Made by a program: the position numbers and the translations under genes
Notes under the pieces: model-generated
Database searches by the model: none
Seen by the model: only the letters and a program-made list of their open reading frames with translations
Told to the model about the DNA's origin: nothing
Assembly: GCA_002269645.1 (NCBI GenBank)
Contig: NIVC01000839.1
Span: forward strand, 62,001 to 126,000
Length of the DNA stretch: 64,000 bases
Direction of reading: 5' to 3'
From: Macrostomum lignano
Lineage: Eukaryota
In this document: piece by piece, positions 11,789 to 21,167 of the stretch
Numbering within the stretch: position 1 is the stretch's first letter
How the letters are laid out: each line of letters opens with the position of its first letter

Positions 11789-13467
11789 TATGTTGCATAG
11801 GCTCGCAACATAAAATTCAGCAATTCTTGACGGCAGTGCAGGCGGGAAGTTGCATCAGCAAACAGCTGGAACCGCCCAGGCACATGATGGGCGGTAACAA
11901 CCACGTTCTGCTTCAGGCAAAGCAGAGCAACAGTTTGCAGCAGCCGCAGCAACCGGGGCTCCCTGGAAGACCCCTTGTTAATGATCGCGCAGGCGGCGGC
12001 GTTGTCGCAGTAGACAGCGACCCGGCAGTTGTGCAGCTGATGGCGCCAGCGCAGCAAGGCCAGCAGGACCGCAGCAGCCTCCTTGTAGTTGATGCAGCAC
12101 TCGCTGAAGACGCCGCCAGCATCGACATCCCACTTCAGGTAGCACCAGTCAAAACCAGCCGGGTCACGCAAAATAGCAGCCGCTCCCACCAGACAGGCAT
12201 CCGTCTCTATGGCAACCGGTCTCCTGTCCGTGGGCCAAATTTCACGTCCTCGCTGCTGCGGCAAAGCCACCTTCCACCAGCCGAGGATGCTCTTCAACTG
12301 GTCATCCACCAAGAGACGATCCTTTCAGCTTGACAGGTTGCTGACGCGGTCGATCAAGTCGCGCAAGAACGGCCGGCCGTTGACAATCACCTGGCAGGCC
12401 CAGTTGAGCCTGCCCACCAGCCTCTGCAGCTCATGCTCTTCCACTTTGGATCCTGGCAAGCTCATGAGCCCCGACAGAGTATTGAACTGGATGCCCAGGA
12501 AGCACATTTCTTGAGTCGGCTGCACGCACTTCTTCCAGTTAACAGTCAGGCCCAGCCTCTGCACCAGCTGCGTCAGCTCCGTGTAGAAACTCCAGCAATC
12601 AGTCAGCGACCCCGCGAAGCCGAAATCGTCCATGTAGACCTCGAAGTTGTAAAACTTGCGCTTGAGCATCATGAACCGAATGGCATTGCTGACCTGAAAG
12701 AAGCTGCTGACAGATGCCGCTGCCCGAAACGGCAGCCGGGTGTCAACCATATAGGTCGGTTCAACCTCGCCTTCAAACGTGAACTTCAGGCTGGTGAGGC
12801 AGTGGTCACTTGGGTGAATCCCGCAAGACCTGTAGGCCTGGCTCAGGTCCACCTTGCACATGTACATGCCCTTGCGCAGCCTTCTGCCAAAAGCTGCTGC
12901 CGAAGAAAACCGAAGCTTCCGTTGGCAAACGAACATGTCATTGACCGCGCGACCTTCAGGCTGGCTGCAGTCATGGATGAGCCGGATGCCTCCACCCGAC
13001 TTGGGAATGGCGCCCAGGGCGCTCACAATCGCCGGCTTTGCACAAACGCGGTATCTGCCCGTCTGCAGCTCCTCACGAACTTGAGCCTGAACACCGGCAC
13101 GGTGCTGACTGACGGAACCATAGTTATCTTGCTCAACAGTGTCGACGGTGCAACTGACATTCCTAATGCGGAAACCCTCCTTCACACCGGAGAGAACGAA
13201 CTGCGCGAGCTCCGCTGGCATCTCGGTGTCAGCCAGCTCCAAACGCCAGGCTTCAAAGCACAAGTCGGTAGAAAAGGTTCCGCCTGAGTCGCCCTCGTCA
13301 CGGGGTTCATCGAAAGCAGCAGCAGGGGCGGGCGACTCGATGTTAAGAGACCCCTGCCGCTGAACCCCGCCCATCAGTTTTTTGCCGTCGGGCCACCCTC
13401 CGATCCGTGGAAGGTGGCCTCCGAGTGCGCCTGGCCGCAGCGCAAACAACAGTGCGTGAACCGGCAC
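11449..13467 (-). pseudogene. RT-RNase H ORF of copy 1, interrupted by one in-frame TGA (12325-12327)
   Basis: RLIHDCS, MCKVDLSQAYRS, RLPF, VYMDDF, FLGIQFNT; after the TGA the frame continues KDRLLVDDQL...IETDACLVGAAA, INYKEAAAV, YCDNAAA, HVPG...FADATSR. Confidence 0.85.
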
Positions 13468-14432
13468 GGATTGCGGTGGCAGCCGGACAGTCTGTTGTAG
13501 TCAAAGCAGACCGTTCGCTTCGGTGCTGGCATAGCCACAGCACCAGCCTGCCGCTGCAGACCCGGTGCCATCAGGTGCGCCGCTACCAATCCGAGGTCGG
13601 TCTCCGAGGTGTCCCAGGCGCCGGCACCTGCCTGCTGCACCCTGAACTCGTCGTCGTAGCGCAACACGCGACCGCGGTCGAAACCGAGGTCAAGGAGGTC
13701 GCCGATCTTGGCTGTGTGCTTCAGGTTCTCGAGCAACTCAGACATGTCGATGGCGCCGTCTCTGAGAACCAGAAGCCTGCCGTCCTTCAGCATCTGCATC
13801 AGCGCATTCGCATTCCCGGTAATCCAGTCACCAACAGACAGACTGTCCAGAGTGATCTGCTTCCCCGCCTGGCTCGATTTGTTCAGCGACAGCCGCTTCC
13901 GAGTGCTGATGAAGTCTGGCACCCGATACGTGCCCGGATGCTGCTGCACTTCATTTGGCCCTCCAGTTGTGGGTCCCAACACCAAGTGGTCAAGGCATGA
14001 GTACTCACCGGGTACCGCGACATTCAGTGGTCGCCGCGGCGGCTCATCAACTCGGCCGCCCAGCTGCCGGATCTCAGCCTCCATGCGCGCTTGATCTCGG
14101 CGAATCGTCAGAAGGCGCAGCTGCTTCTCTGCTTCTAGCAGCTCCCGGTCCAGGTCGCCAGTCCCGTGGGTCTCATCTGCCGCCCTCCTATCGCCGGCTG
14201 TCGCCCTCGTGTCGGCTGAAGACATCCCGCTGAGCTCCTGCCTCCTTGGATGATTGCTGCTGTCACGATCGTCGATGAGTCCAGAGATCGATGCTGATTG
14301 GGCTCCTGCTGAGTCTTGTGCCTCCGCCTGTCGGAGTCTCTCTTGCAAGGTGTGTTTGTTACCAGCAGTATGCAGGCCTCTTGCACGCAAGGCGGTGCGC
14401 AGCTCCTTTACAGTCATAGGGCTGTGTGACAT
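13374..14432 (-). CDS. Gag-like ORF1 with N-terminal SAP motif and C-terminal Cys/His zinc finger
   Basis: MTVKELRTALRARGLHTAGNKHTLQERL fits the SAP consensus; CFDYNRLSGCHRNPCRFTHCCLRCGQAH at the C-terminus; intact 352-aa ORF. Confidence 0.8.
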   Translation of the reverse strand: MSHSPMTVKELRTALRARGLHTAGNKHTLQERLRQAEAQDSAGAQSASISGLIDDRDSSNHPRRQELSGMSSADTRATAGDRRAADETHGTGDLDRELLEAEKQLRLLTIRRDQARMEAEIRQLGGRVDEPPRRPLNVAVPGEYSCLDHLVLGPTTGGPNEVQQHPGTYRVPDFISTRKRLSLNKSSQAGKQITLDSLSVGDWITGNANALMQMLKDGRLLVLRDGAIDMSELLENLKHTAKIGDLLDLGFDRGRVLRYDDEFRVQQAGAGAWDTSETDLGLVAAHLMAPGLQRQAGAVAMPAPKRTVCFDYNRLSGCHRNPCRFTHCCLRCGQAHSEATFHGSEGGPTAKN

Positions 14433-15084
14433 GACTCAGCAGTCCAAAGAAAAAAAATTCAAGCGCGCAGCGAGACACCAACTCAGCTAGCCCGGCTCCA
14501 TAAACCCCCGGTTTACCCCCGATTCGCCGAATCCCGATTTGCTGATTCCCAGCTCGCCGAATCCCGATTCGCCGATTCCTGGTTCGCCGAAATTCCTTAT
14601 TAGCCGAAATTCCTGATTTGCCGAAATTCTTAATCGCTGCTCTGGAACTTTTTGAACTTTTTTAAAGACATTACCACTCGGTTATTCATGAATAATTTCC
14701 ATATACAGTAGCTAAACGTTGTTTGAACCGCTTGTTCTAGTTTAAAATTGTTCTAGTTTCTAGTTTCGTTAATTGGTGTATTGACGATATGTACGACTGG
14801 TATTGACTAATATGTAGAACGCAAAGCACACCAGGGAAATGCAAAATGAACTTAGCAAAATACAAATCGCTCTAATGAAACCCGTCGAACTTTTCACCCG
14901 GAATTTCGCCCGGAATTTTTTGCGTTCACCCGGAATTTTTTCCTATTCCAGTAATGCAATCAGATCCGGGTGGAATTTCCGGATCTGTAACGAAAGTTTA
15001 CAGAATCCGGGCGAATTTTCCGGATCAAAAAGAAAAATTCCGGAAAATTGACCCGGATCAATAAAAAAATTCCGGTGACAATTC

Positions 15085-15450
15085 CGGGTGAATTCCGGGC
15101 GAGTGAACCGGATCAGCACACAATTCCGGGCGAATTCCGGGCGAGTGAACCGGATCAGCACACAATTCCGGGCGAATTCCGGGCGAGTGAACCGGATCTG
15201 CACACGAATCCGGGCGAATTCCGGGAGAGTGAACCGGATCTGCACACAAATCCGGGCGAATTCCGGGCGAGTGAACCGGATCTGCACACAAATCCGGGCG
15301 AATTCCGGGCGAGTGAACCGGATCTGCACACAAATCCGGGCGAATTCCGGGCGAGTGAACCGGATCTGCACACAATTCCGGGCGAATTCCGGGCGAGTGA
15401 ACCGGATCAGCACACAATTCCGGGCGAGTGAACCGGATCAGCACACGAAT
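15085..15450. repeat. 36-bp subterminal tandem repeat (CCGGGCGAATTCCGGGCGAGTGAACCGGATCTGCACACAA)
   Basis: About 10 visible copies inside the CCC-ended element. Confidence 0.9.
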
Positions 15451-16199
15451 CCAGGTGAATTCTGGATGATTGAACCGGATTTGCAGCCAAATCTTGGGCT
15501 TATCACAATAGCGGAAAATTAAAAAAAGAACGGGTCATTGTTATATACATTTTCCACGACTACGAATTGAATCGAATTCGATTTAGCCGTCCTCGAACAG
15601 AAATACTGAATCCAGTTGTACACAACTGTAAATCGTATATTTCTATGCACTTCTACGTACTTTCCGAAACAAAAAATGCTGACCTTCTGAATGTCACTCG
15701 GATGGGCAGCTGGACTTCGATGCTACCATTAACTTTTTTAAAGCCGTATACGGCTTTATATACTCGTACCTTATCGCGACATTGGATACTCTTCAGGGAT
15801 CCCCATCGCCTACCTCTGATTGCATCCGTCGGGTGGGTCACTCGCTATACAGCTAATTAGCTAGTTAACTCAAGTCAGCTGACTTGTCTATTCACTTGCT
15901 TAATTGTAAAGATCTCCGCAACAATTAAGGAACGACTTTTGTCTCATTTTCCAGGACCTATCAGGGCTCATAAATGTAGACAGCCAATGTCTCGAAGAGC
16001 GTTTCTAATGAAATCGAATCCAGCAAATTTGGCCTTAACAAAAAGCTGAAATTAATTGCAAATAAATGCGGTGGTGGTGTTATGCACTCGATCTTGGACA
16101 TCGCCCGCATTTCACTCCTCGAGTAGCTCGCCGTCTGGAGATATATGTTTCCGGAATTCGGCCCCTCATTTTCGGCAGCACTGGCGATTCGTCGCGCCT

Positions 16200-16900
16200 T
16201 CACCTGGTCGCCTTCTTTTGCCGCTCTGCGGCTGGCCGAGATTGAAAGAGCACTGCCTGGCTTCTCGCCACGGTCGTGTCGGATTCCGACGAGCTCGTAG
16301 CGGAGATAGCTTCCAATCGAAGAACTTCAGCTTTCAGCTGACGATTTTCGGCTTGAGCCTCCGACAGCTTTTCACGAACTCCGCTCAATTGATGGCCTAT
16401 TAAGTACACAAAAATGAAGAGAGTGGCGAGGCAGATTCAAACTTAAGAATCGACAACACATATATATACGAGGCTGCTAACGTCTTCTAGTATATGCATA
16501 AAAAACTTACACAGTTCGTCCTCGGCTTCGCCTTGGGCCCGAATCTGATCCATCATGGTAGTGCATGACGGGCATCGTGACGGCTGCGGTTGCTGCGACG
16601 GCACACGCGCCAAAGCAGTCGCTTCAATCGCTTGGGCCTTTCTATCCAAAGGCCCCTTCCAGAGAGTGGCGGAATACCGGGATCCGGTACTCTTGTTAGC
16701 AGCTGTGACAACGTGATCTGCTCACGGCTGGTGCAACTGCAAACGCCTTAGACAAACCACTGGAGCATGTACCGGAATAATTCGGATTAGCGTCTATCTT
16801 AATAGGAAAGCTGCTTTGCATACTGGGCCAGGTAGAGCTATTTGGAACCATGCCACAGTCTCCGTCTAGACACCCAGCTGTGCCAAACAATATGGTTGGC
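16200..16900 (-). CDS. Putative spliced cargo gene of unknown function (Cys pair plus coiled coil)
   Basis: GT-AG intron 16397-16510 (GTAAGT donor, TAATAG acceptor) joins ...RCPSCTTMMDQIRAQGEAEDELC to HQLSGVREKLSEAQAENRQLKAEVLRLE in phase; a second, weaker intron at 16718-16772 extends the frame upstream. Confidence 0.5.
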
Positions 16901-18095
16901 TGATTTTATGCTTCTAAGCATCAAATATGACGATAGAATCATTCAGCCCGTTGACACACTAAGCAGCTGTGATAGACTACATGCCAGTGGAAGTCAAACC
17001 TCTCGCACACAAACAGGGCGCAACAATTTTTCAATTGTCACCTGTACGGAGGATGGGCTCAGCCGCACATTACGGACGCTACAGAGCCGCCGAAAAGCAG
17101 ATCAATTCACATTGCAATTTCGAGGCTTTATTACCCCTCGCTTTCCAAGAGGAATTAGCGCCGTTGACCAAATGGATGCCAGGGATTGCCTGATGGGATA
17201 GCCATTTGCTGGGGTCTGTATTCAGCGGTTTTCCATCGGAGGCTTCCTCTTAAAATCCCCATGGTATTGTATAATGGATGCCGGATTGATTCCGACTGAA
17301 GTCCCGAAATTTTCCCGGATCAGCTTCGCCCGGAATTTGGCTGAAATTCGGGTCAAGGGAGCTGATCCGGGTGAATTTTCCGGATCATTTGGTCCGGATC
17401 ACTGGGGAATTCCGACTGAAGTCCCGAAATCTCACCCGGAACATTTTCACCCGGAACACTACTGAAATTCGGGTCTACACCCAGAATTCCGTAGTGTTCC
17501 GGGTGAAAAATTCCGGAAAATCCAACCGGAACAGCTTTCCTTTTCCCGAAATTTTACCGGATCATATTTCCGGATCTTTTTCCGGAAAAAGGGGCTGTTC
17601 CGGGCCAAAAAAGCTTATCCGGGCGTTCACCCGGAAATCAATTAAAAATCGGGCCCGGATCACGAAATTCCGGGAAAAATTCCGGGTGAAAAGTTCGACG
17701 GGAATGCAAAACAAACTTAGTGACAAATTATTATGAAAATTATTCATGAATAACTGAGTGGTAATTAATGTCTTTAAAAAAGTTCAAAAAGTTCCAGAGC
17801 AGCGATTAAGAATTTCGGCAAATCAGGAATTTCGGCTAATGAGGAATTTCGGCAAACCAGGAAATCGGCAAGTCGGGATTCGGCAAATGAGGAATTTCGG
17901 CAAATCAGGAATTTCGGCAAATCGGGAATCGGCGACTCGGGAATTACGGCGAACCAGGAATCGGCGAATCGGGATTCGGCGAGCTGGGAATCGGCAAATC
18001 GGGATTCGGCGAATCGGGGGTAAACCAACCCCCCCCCCCCCCGAGGGAGGGGGGGTGGGCGCAAGCCGGGGGGTGTGCGGTGTACACAAACGCCG

Positions 18096-20390
18096 GTTAG
18101 TGCTTTTGTTTTTTGTTTTGTTTTGTTGGGGCACAGGCGCCGAGGCCAGTCAGAAGAGGCTGCGCCTCGCAAGCGCCACTGACCTCGCGGGGGCGGCGGT
18201 CAGAACCGAGGGGTCCAACTCGTCCTCGTCGAAGATAGAGAGCCTGGTGGGCCGGAGGGCCGGACAGCTGAGCCAGTGCTCCAGGTCCTCCGGACCGTCT
18301 TGGCAGCGCGGGCAGGTCGGGTCGGCGGCAGGGTTGACGACGTTGCAGTAGGCGCGGAGCAAGCTGCAGTGTCCCGAGCGAAGCCTCGCCAAGAGCACCG
18401 CGTCTTGCCGGCTGCGCAGCTCGGCGCGGTCGCGGTCCCTGTTGAGGGCCCTGTAGACCGCGGCGGTGCGTGCGTGCGTGAGTGGCGGGTCTCCGAAGTG
18501 CCGCTTGATCGTCGCCAGCGCGCTGTGGTAGGAGATGGGTGCCGGGGCGGAGTCGGGAGCGGCCGCCAGCTTGGCCGCCTCATCGGCCAACTCGTTCCCG
18601 GGGATGCCGCAGTGTGCCGGGACCCATTGAAGCACCAGGGCGGCAGCTTGGCAGTCCAGGTCGGGCAGCGAACAACGGGGCCTGTCACTCAGGAGAGCCA
18701 TGAGGAGGGCGCGGCTGTCCGTGCAGATGAGGACCCGTCCTGTGAATTGCTGGTTGCGGAGCCAGTTAGTAGCGAGCTGTAGAGCCCGTCTCTCTTCATC
18801 GAAACTGCAAGTGTGCGGCGAGCCGGTGGCTGAGATCGTCGTGACCATCTCGGGGTCGGCCGGGTCGCCGCTGGTGACCACGCAGGCCGCACCACCGCGG
18901 GCGCAGCCGTCAGTGGCCGAGCCATCCGTGTAGAGCACAAGGTCGGCTGCGCAATTGCGGATGGCCTTCAGGGCGCGCCCCCGAAGAGTTTCCATAGCAG
19001 CGACCTCGGTCGAGTGCTCTTCGGTCTCCTCGGCCTCGCCAGCAGGCGCGGTGAGGTTGCAACGGATCGTGCGCGTGGCTGGCGGCCGTTGCCAGGGGCA
19101 GAGGGGGAGCGCCGGCAGAGGTTCCCGGCTGTCCAGGTATCCCGGCAGACTGGCCAGGAGCTGCAAGGCACGGTGGCGCCAGCTACTCCTGGTCGTGCGG
19201 TGCGGTACCTGGGCCGCGGCAGCGATGAAGCGCGGGTGGTCGGTCGGAAGCCGGAGGGCCTTCTCGTAGGTTGATCACGCGTGGTGGCCACCGTGCACAC
19301 CCCGGCCTCGAGGTGGAGAGCTTCTGCGGGTGTGGTGCGCATCTGGCCGGTGACAATCCGCAGGGCTTGGTTTTGGGCACGTAGGAGTTTACCAATAGCA
19401 GTGTCGGCCAACCATGGCTGCCAGGCGGCGGCGGCGTAGTGGAGCACGCTGTGGTGGAGAGCCTTGAAGGTGCGGCTGGCTTTTGTGCTGGTGATGTGTT
19501 CCTTATTACCCGACTTTCGGTAATCAAAGAACACTCACTTCTAGCTCAGTAGCTAGGCAACCCAGTACGTCAACAGAAGGTATTCAATTACCTTGAGTCC
19601 TTAAATGAGAGCTCTCGTCAATACTCCTTGTTCGTTGATCTCGTTATCAGTAGTGTTCCTGTCCTTCAGGAATTCCGGGCGCCGGTCAACAGTTGATCTG
19701 GTCCGCTCTTGCAATTGTCTCCTTGACTTCTTGCCGGCCGGTTATCTGTAGCGCGGACCAATGGGAAGCTTCCTTAGACTCTTAGACTTGAGCGAGACGT
19801 CTCAACCAACAGGCGCAAATGAGTAAGGCTTACCGTAAGAACTCGACCACGTCTTCGAGTTGCTTCAGGAAGTCTGCTGCAGAGCTTCCTCTTCGGAGCT
19901 TTCTCTCTCGGAGAACTTGTTGGCTCTGGGTCCGTTCCGGACCACTTGTATTTATAGGCGTTCAGACCTCTCTCGAGGTCGTACATCACTGTCCTCGCAA
20001 ATGTCAAAGGGTCACGATTCGGTGGCTGTCAAGCATGACAGGGTAGAAAGTTGCGCAACTAGTCTACTGTAAAAGCGCATGATTGGTTACCGTAGCTGGT
20101 AGACTTTGATTGGTTCATTCGGGTGCAGCCCGAGTGCAAACCAAATGATGACTTGAAGGTGGGGTTTGAATTGACAGTTGTTGGTCGCACGTGATTGGGT
20201 GATTTCTAAAATTAGCATGCTCGAGATTTCTCTCTTTCTATTGGTTAATTCGAATATATGTATGGTTCAGCGCATATCCTTATACATGCTCCTCAAATTA
20301 CTACTATTTAAGTAGTACGTTAACAATTTTAAATAACTTTTCTGGGAGATATAATACTCTACACTGGCCGCACAAACCAGATCAAACATC
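18096..20390 (-). mobile_element. 5'-truncated non-LTR retrotransposon with RNase H and C-terminal CCHC (I/R1-group-like), interrupted by a solo LTR
   Basis: ORF 18150-19166: LYTDGSA, SFDEERRAL, ICTDSRAL, LQWVPAHCGIPGNELADEAAK, RLRSGH, CPRCQDGPEDLEHWLSCP; (CAAAA)n tail at ~18096-18126; RT C-terminal remnant FKALHHSVLHYAAAAWQP. Confidence 0.88.
19492..20363 (-). mobile_element. Solo LTR (872 bp), related to 6995-7850
   Basis: TGATGTGTTCCTTATTACCCGAC...ACTCTACA ends; 4-bp TSD CTGG (19488-19491, 20364-20367); CCTATAAATAC on the minus strand. Confidence 0.85.
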
Positions 20391-20489
20391 ATTGTCCGTG
20401 ACAATTTTACATGAATAAGGTGATCTTTTAAACTGAAGAAGGAATTTGTGTTTAAGAAAGTGTGTTCTTTTAATTTTTTCCATGAACTA

Positions 20490-20800
20490 TTTTTGCTCCT
20501 TGCTTATTGGGCGCCCCGAAGGGGGCCGCACTAGATTGCTAGTAGAATCCTAATTTTCTGAACGAAAAGCTCTTTGAATATCGATAGAGCAATACGAAAG
20601 GCACAACATATCAAAAGATGAACACTGGATCTACCTCCTATCAAAAGTAATAGCAATTTTTGTGCTGAAAAAATGAAAACTTCCTATCTCCGTAGTGTAT
20701 TTTTTCGGGAAAACCTGCCTTCAAAAATTTTCTAAGAAACAAGGTTTCCGTCAGCTTCCACCTAAATCGTCCTTGGTAATTTCTTTCTCGCACCAACCCA
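20490..20800. repeat. Dispersed repeat, related copies at ~10170-10265 (inverted) and ~61490-61570; hairpin plus CTAG resembling a Helitron 3' end
   Basis: Shared AAAATTTTCTAAGAAAC/GGAAAACCTGCCTTC segment; GCCCCGAAGGGGGC hairpin (20513-20526) then CTAG at 20539-20542. Confidence 0.5.
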
Positions 20801-21167
20801 CGGTCTTAAAGCTGGAACACTGCCTGTGAACTGACTAACTTAATTGTTTTTTTGGATTTTAAAGTATTGACTGTGAAGGATGCTTTGAAAATTTATTTGA
20901 AATTATCTTAATCAATTACAAATAAAATTTTAACATTAAAAAATTGTAGCTGAAAACTTTTTTTCGAAAGAAAATTCGATTTTACGATATTTCTTCTTTT
21001 CTCGAAAATTGGAAATGTAATGTTTAACCAACAAGCAAACTCGCATTCTTTTTCTAGAAGCAGCACTATAAGTAACGGAGCAGCAAAAAGCTCTCAACAA
21101 GTGCTCCAGTCCCGATCTTAATTTCATTTTTTCAATGCTCAGAATACAAAGCAGATCTGAACTTGAA

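Larger units (their letters stand above)
10590..14500 (-). mobile_element. Tyrosine-recombinase retrotransposon (DIRS/Ngaro-like), copy 1
   Basis: Gag-like, RT, RNase H and YR ORFs in that order; no methyltransferase ORF seen. The ends are not sharply defined, and the 5' end may continue to ~18095 beyond the foldback insertion. Confidence 0.85.
14881..17702. mobile_element. Non-autonomous TIR element with CCC...GGG ends (EnSpm/CACTA-like) nested in the foldback element
   Basis: 26-bp perfect TIR CCCGTCGAACTTTTCACCCGGAATTT; AA on both flanks; dense subterminal CCGGGTGAA/CCGGAATT motifs in both orientations. The superfamily call is inferred from the CCC ends plus 2-bp TSD. Confidence 0.7.
14510..18026. 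mobile_element. Foldback-like DNA element with long TIRs built of short repeats
   Basis: Termini GGTTTACCCCCGATTCGCCGAATCCCG... match their reverse complement with one mismatch over the first ~75 bp; similarity continues (arms ~14510-14700 and ~17730-18026); flanked by AACCCCC (14503-14509, 18027-18033). Confidence 0.85.

Noticed and set aside
10899-12327. APOBEC-like editing to explain the TAG and TGA stops in YR element copy 1
   Set aside because: Only two events, and the ancestral codons are unknown without a consensus.
15048-15522. 36-bp repeats resembling a CRISPR array
   Set aside because: The units are contiguous with no unique spacers, there are no cas genes, and the context is eukaryotic; they are subterminal transposon repeats.
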